Virus record (IMG/VR): IMGVR_UViG_3300037067_015055
Strand: one strand, 5' to 3'
Length of the DNA stretch: 64,000 nucleotides
Origin: a virus
This document shows positions 1-9,226 of this stretch, piece after piece. A model generated the notes under the pieces. That model was given only the letters and a program-made list of their open reading frames with translations. It was not told where the DNA came from and ran no database searches. Position numbers and translations under genes: made by a program. The stretch's first letter is position 1, and each line of letters begins with the position of its first letter.

Positions 1-2
1 CT

Positions 3-542
3 TTGGTAACAGGATATGACCAATACTTCAATCCACGTCGAAGTGATGGTAAGATTTTGGTTCGTTTTGATCCAACCAAAGAAGATCTCAAGCGCGAAGA
101 TCCTGGTATCGAGAATTCCTGCATACCGAATTGCTGGACTTTAGTAACACCAACAATCAAGGATGGAGATTTTATAATACGGTTTAATCAGGATGGGACT
201 GAAGAGTGGCGTTATGAGATTATTGATGTAGATAGAAATAGGACAGCTCTTCAAGAATCCGGCCGCCAGAAGTTCACTGCAGTGCGTGTGCGCAAGACAG
301 ATCCTATTTGCCAAGTTAGATCTATTCGAGATACAAGTACTCTTCCGTCAGAGATTCTCACTTCGATTGGGATGGTACCTGGGCCAGGTGGTATTCTTGC
401 CCATATGCATCGTATAACTCTAGTAAATGGGATTTGTTTAAGTCAACTTACCAGTGTAGATCAGGGGCATAATCACCAAGTGGACAGCAATAATATTGTT
501 GGAAATGTTTTAGGTCATTCGCACAATATAATCATTCCATAA
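3..542 (+). CDS. C-terminal part of a tail fibre / receptor-binding protein (gene starts upstream of window); three HxH motifs (HMH, HNH, HSH) in last ~60 aa
   Basis: ORF runs from window edge; HxH triplets resemble metal-binding needle tips of T4 gp37/gp12-type fibres; sits directly upstream of other fibre genes. Confidence 0.5.
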   Translation: MVTGYDQYFNPRRSDGKILVRFDPTKEDLKREDPGIENSCIPNCWTLVTPTIKDGDFIIRFNQDGTEEWRYEIIDVDRNRTALQESGRQKFTAVRVRKTDPICQVRSIRDTSTLPSEILTSIGMVPGPGGILAHMHRITLVNGICLSQLTSVDQGHNHQVDSNNIVGNVLGHSHNIIIP

Positions 543-584
543 TTAGTATTTATACACGGAAAGCGAATATTGGGGCATTAGAAT

Positions 585-1943
585 ATGGTAAGAACTAGAT
601 ACATAGGATCTACTCGCCCGCGAGAGGCTGGGTATTCGGCCACTCATAAGCAGGATTTCATCGCTCATGTAGAGGGTGGAGATTGGGTTCATTGGGCCTC
701 AAAAATTTCTGAGATTAACTCAGGTAATGTGCAACAGGCATTGGACGATATTCGTACTATGATAATTGGGCTCGGATCTGTTGTGGTTGGAAATTCAGCA
801 CCAGTTGCTAGCGGAACCGTACCAGTTTATGATGGAACTTCTGGACGTGCTCTTAGGAGTACGCCAACTGCCATAGATTCTAGTTGGGGAGATTTATTCT
901 TTCCAGTCGGTTCAGGCGGTAGCATTATTTCAAAACAATTCACCAATCTTACGACAAAAGCTGAATCTTTACAGATTTGGAGCCAAGGCAATTCTGGCGG
1001 TGGCAGTGGTGGTGATTTGATATTAGGAGCAGGATACAATTTTAGTTCAGGACAATATGACGGAATGATTAGCTTGTGGACTTCTCGTCTGGCCTTTAAC
1101 TCGGCATCATTACATCCATTAATAACTCAAAACGATTCTTCTGGCTCACCAAATGATCTTTTCATAATCTCTCAAGGAACAACTAGTAGCGCAACACCAA
1201 GTAGCTTATGGCTGGAGTCTGGTGTAAATAGTTTGGGCCAGCATGGAAGTGTTTATCTTTATAGCTATCCAGGTGTAGTGTCTGTTCAAGCTTCGGCTTT
1301 GAGTTTTGATTCAACTTATCCTGCAGTATTAACGCAGGAAGATTGGGATACGCCAATAGCTACAAGTATGTACATAACTGCGCAATCAATTCCATGGGGG
1401 GCTGTAAATAATACTGGAACCCCTGGAGATCTTTGGTTGAAATCTGGTCATAATCCAAATAATAACCATTCTGGGCAGCTCCATTTAAATGCTAATAATG
1501 GATATATATCGATAGATAGCCGGCATGTATATTTCGATCCAGCTCTCAATGGTGTGATTATTAGTCAATACGAGACAGACTACACAGCTACTGATTTTGA
1601 AATCATTGCACAATGTGGAACTTATCAGAAAGGTGGAGATCTAAACATTTATTCTGGTATAGGGTTTTTGGCTGGACCTCATAATTCCCCAGGAGATGAT
1701 GGTTACATAAACATTAATTCTGGTCTTGGACAGGTTAATATTGAAGGTACGTGCTATGGTGGTCGTGGTGGTGTAAATTTGGGGGATGTAACGTTCTTCT
1801 CCAACTGTCTTGGGCCAGGATCGTCGGGAGGGACACCCTACCCCATAAATGGAGTTTTTGTGTTTGCTAATGGTGACAATCTTTACTGCAGGACTCCTAG
1901 TGGTGCTCAGTTCCTATTAACACACCCATCGCTAGCTAGTTGA
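585..1943 (+). CDS. Gly-rich tail fibre / adhesin-like protein (452 aa) with repeated G-D-L-x-L-x-SG type motifs
   Basis: ATG start with upstream spacer; low-complexity GGxGG tracts and repeated beta-strand-like motifs typical of fibre tips/gp38-like adhesins; position within fibre block. Confidence 0.45.
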   Translation: MVRTRYIGSTRPREAGYSATHKQDFIAHVEGGDWVHWASKISEINSGNVQQALDDIRTMIIGLGSVVVGNSAPVASGTVPVYDGTSGRALRSTPTAIDSSWGDLFFPVGSGGSIISKQFTNLTTKAESLQIWSQGNSGGGSGGDLILGAGYNFSSGQYDGMISLWTSRLAFNSASLHPLITQNDSSGSPNDLFIISQGTTSSATPSSLWLESGVNSLGQHGSVYLYSYPGVVSVQASALSFDSTYPAVLTQEDWDTPIATSMYITAQSIPWGAVNNTGTPGDLWLKSGHNPNNNHSGQLHLNANNGYISIDSRHVYFDPALNGVIISQYETDYTATDFEIIAQCGTYQKGGDLNIYSGIGFLAGPHNSPGDDGYININSGLGQVNIEGTCYGGRGGVNLGDVTFFSNCLGPGSSGGTPYPINGVFVFANGDNLYCRTPSGAQFLLTHPSLAS

Positions 1944-1965
1944 GCTTTGGCAACGTGAGAATTAT

Positions 1966-4900
1966 ATGATAAGATATCCAAATTCATTAGATAATGATGT
2001 GACAATCGTGAGGATTGATGATAATCTCTCAGAGCTTGGTTCGTCCGCTATCAATCAATTGAGAGAGGCTGTTTTTTCGATTGAGAAAACTTTAGGATTG
2101 AATCCACAAGGTTCAAAATCAAGCGTAAATGATCGCATCTCTGTACTTATTGGACCAGATGGAAATCCAAAAGCGGAGGCGCTCCAAGCGATTGGGTTAG
2201 TGACTCTACCAATTACAAATAATCAAGTTGCCAACAATGCCGGAATCAAAGAAGTAAAATTAGATTTGAATTTTAGTACGGCTTCGCTACACTCAAATGT
2301 TGTATCACTGCAATCTAGTGTTGATATTGCTCAAGCCCTTCTGGCCGAGGAAAATGCCAATTTCTTGACTCATATTTCTGGTGGTTTGTTACTGCTAGAT
2401 AATCTAACATCAGCAAGACATGTTGCGAGTCATATTGATATCAATGCCATTCCGACAGATTCTCGCGATACATATACATGGGATGGTTTACGTGATACGG
2501 ATCATAATCTACGACCAGCTACTCAAGTAGCTGAGGCACTTCTTGAAATCAACAACGAATTGGTAGGACATGAAAATGCCACTATCGCACTTGTTCACCC
2601 AGCGACAGCTATTTCTGTAGACACATCTACTTTCACACAACTGCCGGCATACTTGACCAATGTACAAGAAGCCTTGGGATTTGTGGATAACCAGGAGACT
2701 TTATCTTCAGGTGTGGATAGATCTACGATGAATGCCAATGGTATTCCTAGAACAGCTCGTATTCAAAATTTACAGCGTGATGGATATACTATAAACGTTG
2801 TTCCTCCAACTAAGATTCATGCCTATCTAGCAGAACCTAGTAAAATAGCTCCACATGACAATATCAATAATGGTGATGATGTCATTAAATTCTTACCAGA
2901 CAATACGAATTTTGTATTTGATTCTCTATTTACTAATGTTAGGGTTGGTGATATTCTTCGTCTTAACTACGGAAATGGAATAGAGACTTCATATCCAATC
3001 ATGTCTATTAGGTTTTTGTCAGGATCTGATTGGTCAGTGAGGGTAAACGCCAACAATATGTTTGATACTGGTGATGGATACGAAGGTTATGCCAGAATTG
3101 ATCGTCCAAATTTCGATATAAACACATGTGGTGTTTTGGCAGCTGCTGGTGTTGTACCAAGTATATATTCTAGTCAATCATTTTTCGATACCATTATTCT
3201 CGGTAGCCCAAGAGGAGCTACTGCAGTAGGTATTGGATTTGATCCTGGGGTTATTAATGCTCTTCATTACAATCTATACCTTAGACTGTATCCGACTGGT
3301 AATAAAGATGTGTTCTATGATCTTCCAGCTATTGATGTTAGTGGAAATCAAGGGGTTACACCAGGGTATTACAATCTTGATATTGTGGTGGAGAATACCA
3401 ATAAAATGTTGAGATTGTCAGGTTATAATTACCGATTTATTGCTTTCGCTCACAAAGGTGAGTTTGGCATTATGCTAGCAGATGATTATAATGGGTCCTC
3501 ATTCTCTATTATTTCTGGTCAAATTAACTACATTACAGGAAATATTGAACAAGGTTCATATGTCAATAACATTATTGGAGATACCACTGATCAATACGAT
3601 GCGTTAGGATTAGGCTTTAGCCGATCTGGTTTCGCAACTCCGGTTATGTCTCGTTTGGGAGTGAGCGAACCTTACCCAACAACAATTTCTGCTTCTAATT
3701 ATTCCACACTCATCATTACTCCAGTAAGTGGTCGTAATGTAATTATAAATGGGAATAGAAGAGATTCTTTAGCTACGCCAAGATTTACAGAAGGCGATGG
3801 TTATTGGTCTGCTATTGTTACTAACATTACAGCAGACATACCTCATAATACAAATTTTGTTACATATTCAATTCCATTTGATCTAGCAACTGAAGACTTA
3901 GCTCCTGGCAAGACTATTGTGGTTCAATCAGATACACCAGGAGATACGACAATTAATTATTATGGGCGATTCATCATTGATAGTGTTTCGTTCTCGTGTA
4001 CTGGTGCTGGCCAAACCAATATCACTGTGTTGAACAGCATTCATGGTACGGCAAATCCAGCTCAAGCCCCACTTCCATTACAATCGCGTGTTCGTGTATA
4101 CTTCTCAGATGATTCTGTGATGTTTAATATTGGAAATATGGTTGGGGCAGAATTATCAGATCCAACTGATTATCATCATTATCATGAAGTTTTTGTAAAT
4201 GATATTGGAAAATCAGTGGCGGTTGAGCGCGCTAGAATGGCTCATACCGATAGTGGGCCTGTACCAGGTAGTGGTAATATAGGTTCATTGTCTTGGAGAA
4301 TTAGGAGAGTATCTCCCAAGCTTACAGGCGAGCGTGTTGGAGTTACCGATTTCCGTAATTTCATTAAGCTACGCATTGCGGGTTGGAATGCTACAACTGG
4401 AGAATTTAATCTTTATCTGGTATCATTGGATGGGTTTACAAGTGGTCCAGCTGCTAAAGCGAAGAAAAATCATGTAGTCAGAGTTTACGACAAATCAGGT
4501 GTAAATTTCATTGATATTGAATTTAGGGAAACGTATGGAAATGCAACTACAATGCCAATGGGAACTGTTGCAATTGAATTATTCCCAACACTTAAAAATA
4601 ACGATGAATATTTTGCTGTAGCTGGTGTAAGTCATGATGGTTTTGTTTTCAAATCTATCACTGACCTTAGAGATTTTGGAACCATATCCGAAAGTAATTT
4701 AGGAGATTCAGCGATAAAATTCATTGAATCTGGAGAGCGTTATCTTCATGCTAACGGTATTATTAGAGGATTTAAATTCATAAGCACAGAAAATTACAGA
4801 TTATCATTCAAAGGTGGTTTAGCTCTAGTTAATGGTTCTTTTGTACCTATGGATGCTACAAGTGTTGGTGTTCCAACTACCAATGGAGAGTACTTTATTT

Positions 4901-7260
4901 GTGTTACCGACACCGGTCAGTTGATATCGATACGTAAAGATAACGGAAGTAATCCTTTGAACTTTATTGAGGCATTGACGTTCAAAGAAATTGTAGATAA
5001 CAGAAAGGATCTTACAATTATTTACAAAGCTACAGTGAGTGGTGGAGTTGTTTCGCCATCTGATGCTAGAAGGTTTGTTGTAAATCAAGATCTTGGGATT
5101 AATAGTTGGGCGTATTCTGATGCTAATTCTCAGAGTGGTTATGATGACGGCAATCCTAGTAATGTCAACTTTATAACTCCAGAAGCCTTAATGAACTGGG
5201 TTAATGAGTATCACATTAAAGAAGTTAAGGTTAAGGACGTGATTCTTAATTACGGCCTTACACTAAACTTTACCAGTCCTGTTAAACTAATTGGTGGTTC
5301 ATATGTAATTTATGAAGCCCGGGGACTAGCTTTCACTAGCGGAAATTGGACTATTGATGATGCGGATATTACATACACACCAGTCCATCATTTGTATGCA
5401 GACGCTAATGATGTGTTTTGTACTGGTGGTAATTGGGGTGGTATTGTAATTGATGGAATACCACTATCGGCTACCATCTCTGATTTTGGAATTGAAAACT
5501 CACGGTTCTATTCTACATCAGCTCAGCGAGCACCATTCGTGGCCATTTATTCAGCTACGGGTAATAGTTATAATCTGTTCCACAATGGTAGATTTGTGAA
5601 TAATACTTTCACTGATACGCAAGCTGATAGAGCGTTGTGTTATGCTTTTGTGAATAGCAATACTCCAGACGTCTCTATGTCATCTCCATATTTCCAAGAC
5701 ATCTTGGTATCTGATACTAAGATTAATGGACGTCAAGGAATTTTGATAGGTGGTCGTGCAACCCCCGCCGTGGAATATAGTGGATATACGGCCATGAATA
5801 AGGTTCTGATTGAGAACTTTGTCATCAAAAACAATCGCTTTGGTCTAATCGGATTCAATGTAGATAACTGGATTGGGTCTACAGAAGCCGGTAGATTCGT
5901 GATTGATAATAATAAAGCCGAACTAATATACTCTGGGTTTTCTGCCACAATGAACCCATTTGATAATAAATATGCATATGGCGTGAATTTTTCAACGGGA
6001 AATACAGTATCTTTTGTTGTACGCGATAATGATTGTTATTACCTAAAGATAGAGGCTTCTGCTGGGGCAAACTTATTGAAGTCAAGTGTAACTGGTAACA
6101 CAATCAAGCGATGGGATGATGTCCTTTACGATGCATTTGTTCCAGATGCATCGGAGGCACGTCGGGCGCTTGTGGTATTTAGCAATGGCCTCTATCCAGC
6201 AAATATAACCATCGCAAACAATACCATTGACGGATTTGATGGTTTGACATCTGGTTACATACACGGCATCTATACTCAAGGCCCTGGCTTGTCTATTACT
6301 GGAAACATCATCAACAACATTGCTGGCGTTGATTTAAATTCTACCCCAAATGGTTCTGGAAATGGCGGTTGGGGTATTTGGAGTTATGGAGGTGAATCCA
6401 GTACAATCGTAGGCAATACCATCAGCAAGCAAGATGGTGTGGGAATTGCTGGCTATATCTATTCAGATGCCACCGCTGCAATTTACGGCAATACTTTTAG
6501 CCATTTCAATTTAGCTTCTTGGTCCGGTTCTCCAGATCCTGATGGATACGGAGAACTTTCAAATGCCAACTTCAACGGAATTTATGGTCGGGGTTCGAAA
6601 TTCGCGGCTTGGAACGTAAATCAAGTGGTAAAGACGGTTCCAAATATGGCTTCTGGAATTCCTCTGTTCCATCTAGATCCTGGAGCTGGTACCGCTATTA
6701 CAAACACTGAAAACAATGAACGGTTGTTGTATGGAAGCCCTGCCACCAGCATTAACAAGGGCTTGAAATCGGTTCGTTTCTTTGAAGATCGTGGTTGGGT
6801 TTGGGAATGGAATGGTGGTGGACTGTCGACCAATGACGGTACTATTGGTTTGATTCTTCCGCTTTCTTCTGTAATACCAGATCGCGCTTACTTACTATCG
6901 GTCGAGATACACGTTTACTTCAGTGGGCCGTGGGATGTTCTCCCGAAAGATTCAGACCCAATCAATGTTTTCCCTCAAGTCTCTTTGGAACTTAATGGAA
7001 ATATGGTGGATAGCAAGAATCCATTCACCGATCCGGGAGGCCCATTCTACACCGATGTCACTCTCATATATCGATCCGACGCATTGATTACAGGGTTTGC
7101 TGGTACTCGGCCACCAGCTCCATTGGTAAAGGAGATGGTCGTGAAGATGAAGCAAGGCCTTCCAGGTGGAACTCCGGTTTTTGGAAGATGGCTAGGACCA
7201 ACTGGTTCTGGAACTCAAACGATGAGAATTGACCAGGTCGAGATCATGTATCTGTATTAA
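1966..7260 (+). CDS. Giant tail fibre/tailspike protein (1764 aa) with right-handed beta-helix (pectate-lyase-like) repeat region near C-terminal third
   Basis: Repeats of form NNTIDGF..ITGNIINNI..GNTISK..IYGNTF (nt ~6200-6500) typical of parallel beta-helix depolymerase/tailspike domains; uninterrupted 5.3 kb ORF. Confidence 0.55.
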   Translation: MIRYPNSLDNDVTIVRIDDNLSELGSSAINQLREAVFSIEKTLGLNPQGSKSSVNDRISVLIGPDGNPKAEALQAIGLVTLPITNNQVANNAGIKEVKLDLNFSTASLHSNVVSLQSSVDIAQALLAEENANFLTHISGGLLLLDNLTSARHVASHIDINAIPTDSRDTYTWDGLRDTDHNLRPATQVAEALLEINNELVGHENATIALVHPATAISVDTSTFTQLPAYLTNVQEALGFVDNQETLSSGVDRSTMNANGIPRTARIQNLQRDGYTINVVPPTKIHAYLAEPSKIAPHDNINNGDDVIKFLPDNTNFVFDSLFTNVRVGDILRLNYGNGIETSYPIMSIRFLSGSDWSVRVNANNMFDTGDGYEGYARIDRPNFDINTCGVLAAAGVVPSIYSSQSFFDTIILGSPRGATAVGIGFDPGVINALHYNLYLRLYPTGNKDVFYDLPAIDVSGNQGVTPGYYNLDIVVENTNKMLRLSGYNYRFIAFAHKGEFGIMLADDYNGSSFSIISGQINYITGNIEQGSYVNNIIGDTTDQYDALGLGFSRSGFATPVMSRLGVSEPYPTTISASNYSTLIITPVSGRNVIINGNRRDSLATPRFTEGDGYWSAIVTNITADIPHNTNFVTYSIPFDLATEDLAPGKTIVVQSDTPGDTTINYYGRFIIDSVSFSCTGAGQTNITVLNSIHGTANPAQAPLPLQSRVRVYFSDDSVMFNIGNMVGAELSDPTDYHHYHEVFVNDIGKSVAVERARMAHTDSGPVPGSGNIGSLSWRIRRVSPKLTGERVGVTDFRNFIKLRIAGWNATTGEFNLYLVSLDGFTSGPAAKAKKNHVVRVYDKSGVNFIDIEFRETYGNATTMPMGTVAIELFPTLKNNDEYFAVAGVSHDGFVFKSITDLRDFGTISESNLGDSAIKFIESGERYLHANGIIRGFKFISTENYRLSFKGGLALVNGSFVPMDATSVGVPTTNGEYFICVTDTGQLISIRKDNGSNPLNFIEALTFKEIVDNRKDLTIIYKATVSGGVVSPSDARRFVVNQDLGINSWAYSDANSQSGYDDGNPSNVNFITPEALMNWVNEYHIKEVKVKDVILNYGLTLNFTSPVKLIGGSYVIYEARGLAFTSGNWTIDDADITYTPVHHLYADANDVFCTGGNWGGIVIDGIPLSATISDFGIENSRFYSTSAQRAPFVAIYSATGNSYNLFHNGRFVNNTFTDTQADRALCYAFVNSNTPDVSMSSPYFQDILVSDTKINGRQGILIGGRATPAVEYSGYTAMNKVLIENFVIKNNRFGLIGFNVDNWIGSTEAGRFVIDNNKAELIYSGFSATMNPFDNKYAYGVNFSTGNTVSFVVRDNDCYYLKIEASAGANLLKSSVTGNTIKRWDDVLYDAFVPDASEARRALVVFSNGLYPANITIANNTIDGFDGLTSGYIHGIYTQGPGLSITGNIINNIAGVDLNSTPNGSGNGGWGIWSYGGESSTIVGNTISKQDGVGIAGYIYSDATAAIYGNTFSHFNLASWSGSPDPDGYGELSNANFNGIYGRGSKFAAWNVNQVVKTVPNMASGIPLFHLDPGAGTAITNTENNERLLYGSPATSINKGLKSVRFFEDRGWVWEWNGGGLSTNDGTIGLILPLSSVIPDRAYLLSVEIHVYFSGPWDVLPKDSDPINVFPQVSLELNGNMVDSKNPFTDPGGPFYTDVTLIYRSDALITGFAGTRPPAPLVKEMVVKMKQGLPGGTPVFGRWLGPTGSGTQTMRIDQVEIMYLY

Positions 7261-8117
7261 GCTGCATCGCAACACCAGGCATTCTTAAAGAGTGTAACGC
7301 ATCCAATTAATCCTGTTGGAGGAATCGAGGAGGGACACGCCCATCCCTCTTTTCCCGCCGCGCAATCGCTTGAGTATGCTCCACCGAAGTTCTTTACGCA
7401 GCGCGTGCCACAGACGTTTGGAGTGGGGACATCGCCCGCCCCGCTCCAATCTGCGCCTCCAGAAACTGTCTGTGGAGCTTGACCGCAATCCGTATTTGCC
7501 GTTCCATCGGTGACGCACGGGCCGCAAGAGAGCAATCCGCCGCAACCATCAGTGGCCGCTCCACAAGCGGTCGGCTTTGAGAGATTGCTTCTAATCGCGT
7601 CCCATGTAGCAATATCAGCACACGTCTTCGGAACGCACGTGCTCGTGGTGGTTGAGCCGCCGGTTGCTTCCGTTGTCGTGGTTCCATTGCCGCCGGTTGC
7701 GGTCGTAGTGACAACGTAACTACCACCAGTTCCAGTATCTGTGCTCGTGGTGGTTGAGCCGCCGGTATCTGTGTTCGTGGTTCCGCCGGTCGTAGTGATG
7801 ACAACGGAGCCACCAGTTCCGGTATCTGTGCTTGTGGTTGAACCGCCGATATCTGTGTTCGTGGTGGTTCCGGAGTTGCCGCCGATCGTGCTCGTTGCGG
7901 TTGTTTTGGTTGCAGTTGAATTGCCGCTGGTACCATTCGCAACTCTTGACCCACCGGTCGAACTATTTACTTTCGTAGAAGTAGATGTACTGCCAGCCAC
8001 ACCTTCCAGCTGGTCAAAGCATTCTTGGGTTGTACAGCCGGATTGAGTGGTTGTTGTGGAACTGCAAGCCATGGTGATCACTGCGAAAAGAACCGGTGAA
8101 ATGAAGTATTTGGTCAT
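7257..8117 (-). CDS. Secreted/lipoprotein-like Thr/Gly-rich protein with C-terminal Cys-rich domain (moron candidate); true start most likely ATG at 8117 (MTKYFISPVLFAVITMAC...), not the GTG-extended 8150
   Basis: Opposite strand to all neighbours; N-terminal signal peptide with Cys after hydrophobic core; strong RBS (AGGAG) 7 nt upstream of ATG 8117; GC ~58% versus ~40% surroundings; internal imperfect tandem repeats encoding TDTGTGGS-like units; >14 Cys in last 110 aa. Confidence 0.6.
   Translation of the reverse strand: MTKYFISPVLFAVITMACSSTTTTQSGCTTQECFDQLEGVAGSTSTSTKVNSSTGGSRVANGTSGNSTATKTTATSTIGGNSGTTTNTDIGGSTTSTDTGTGGSVVITTTGGTTNTDTGGSTTTSTDTGTGGSYVVTTTATGGNGTTTTEATGGSTTTSTCVPKTCADIATWDAIRSNLSKPTACGAATDGCGGLLSCGPCVTDGTANTDCGQAPQTVSGGADWSGAGDVPTPNVCGTRCVKNFGGAYSSDCAAGKEGWACPSSIPPTGLIGCVTLFKNAWCCDAA
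7550..7950. repeat. Imperfect ~70-90-nt tandem repeats inside the moron gene (encode Thr/Gly-rich units on minus strand)
   Basis: Repeated gtatctgtgctcgtggtggttgagccgccgg... units seen directly. Confidence 0.6.
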
Positions 8118-8130
8118 CTGAAATCTCCTA

Positions 8131-8173
8131 TTCTGACAGCACTCAACCACTATAACTTAGCTAGTTCTGACAG
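8131..8173. promoter_or_regulatory. Two copies of 9-bp direct repeat TTCTGACAG (8131-8139 and 8165-8173; CTGTCAGAA on minus) bracketing the moron promoter core: candidate operator sites
   Basis: Exact 9/9 repeat 34 bp apart, one overlapping -35 and one between +1 and RBS; core CTGnCAG is near-palindromic. Confidence 0.3.
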
Positions 8174-8177
8174 TCAA
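8149..8177 (-). promoter_or_regulatory. Sigma70-like promoter for the minus-strand moron: TTGACT (-35, plus coords 8172-8177) - 17 nt - TATAGT (-10, plus coords 8149-8154)
   Basis: Read on minus strand: gTTGACTgtcagaactagctaagtTATAGTggttgag...AGGAGatttcagATG; near-consensus hexamers with 17-nt spacer and correct distance to RBS/start. Confidence 0.5.
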
Positions 8178-8178
8178 C

Positions 8179-8213
8179 AAAAAAGACATGAAGACTTCAT
8201 TAAGAAAGTCTTC
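8179..8213 (-). terminator. Hairpin GAAGACTT / AAGTCTTC (8-bp stem, 8-nt loop, plus 8190-8213) followed on the minus strand by TTTTTT (plus 8179-8184): candidate rho-independent terminator oriented leftward, abutting the -35 box
   Basis: Perfect 8-bp inverted repeat seen directly; T-tract 5 nt after stem on minus strand; third partial copy agaagtctt at 8220-8228 could form alternative pairing. Confidence 0.35.
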
Positions 8214-8271
8214 GCACTAGAAGTCTTGTTCCGGCTCATAGGCCAATGAATCAATATTTTCATATTAATTT

Positions 8272-9078
8272 ATGACTACGCCGGGCACAGGATCTTTATT
8301 CAGATCTGATCTTTACGAGATTCACCACATTTTCCAAAATTCCCTCATGGCATATCCGAAGGAACTCATCATCGGAATGCTACGGGAAGAGTTCTCGAAG
8401 GATTCTTTCTACCATTACGTTAGTGATCCTTGGGGTTTCCCAAAAGTTCCCGATCATACCGATCTACCTTTGGGGGCTGGGCTCAATGATGATCTGACGA
8501 CGCGCATCTTTATTGGCGAAGCGTTCAGATTCGATGCAATTTTTTATCCTGCTCTTTTGGTAAAAATGACGGCAGCCAGATCTGTTCCAATTTCAATGAA
8601 TAGGAATAAGGATGTCGTTGAGTACGAAAAGCAATTAGTAATTGACGGCTACGGAAACTCAAAAGAGTTCTTTATACCAAAATACATCGACCTCGCTGGA
8701 GCGTGGGAAGGCACGATAGCAATTGATGTAATAAGCCGTGATATTTTGGATAGGGATAATTTGGTAAGTATAGTGATGTTACTGTTTACTGATATCCGGT
8801 TTGAAAGTTTGAGGAAAGCCGGTGTGTTGGTAAAATCCGGGCAGCCAAGTCTTGGGGGTATTTCCGAAGGGGATGATAGGCAACAGGATAAACTTTACAA
8901 AGCAACGATTAGCGTAGACATTCGTACCGAGTGGAGACGCCTGATTCCTATCAGCGATGTAGTAGAACGTATCAATTTCTGCGTAGATTTTAGAGTATGG
9001 GGATCTGAAGTCATCACAAATCCCAATATCGCAATAGGTGCATCTATATCGATTCTAGATCAAATTGAGGCTTTGTAA
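8272..9078 (+). CDS. Hypothetical virion/tail-associated protein (268 aa)
   Basis: Complete ORF between fibre block and sheath gene; no recognisable motif. Confidence 0.3.
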   Translation: MTTPGTGSLFRSDLYEIHHIFQNSLMAYPKELIIGMLREEFSKDSFYHYVSDPWGFPKVPDHTDLPLGAGLNDDLTTRIFIGEAFRFDAIFYPALLVKMTAARSVPISMNRNKDVVEYEKQLVIDGYGNSKEFFIPKYIDLAGAWEGTIAIDVISRDILDRDNLVSIVMLLFTDIRFESLRKAGVLVKSGQPSLGGISEGDDRQQDKLYKATISVDIRTEWRRLIPISDVVERINFCVDFRVWGSEVITNPNIAIGASISILDQIEAL

Positions 9079-9226
9079 TGCATATCTGAGCATAAGTTTA
9101 ATGCAAAACTGAGAAGGTAATAATTTCACATCTTCTTAGACCTCTTAGATCAAAAGAGAATGTCATTTTTGGAGCGAGCATGAAGCGTATTAACAAATTA
9201 AACAAAGTTATTCATGAGGTGATCTA

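Noticed and set aside
7285-8046. Several 60-190-aa ORFs on both strands inside the moron region (7285-7545 -, 7394-7954 -, 7510-7719 +, 7741-8046 +)
   Set aside because: They are alternative-frame readings of a GC-rich, repeat-rich segment, which gives long stop-free frames. The signal-peptide-bearing frame with an RBS (7257-8117, minus) is the coherent gene.
8118-8150. N-terminal extension MVECCQNRRFQ of the moron ORF as given in the ORF track
   Set aside because: It starts at a GTG with no RBS. The internal ATG at 8117 has an AGGAG RBS and begins a canonical signal peptide.
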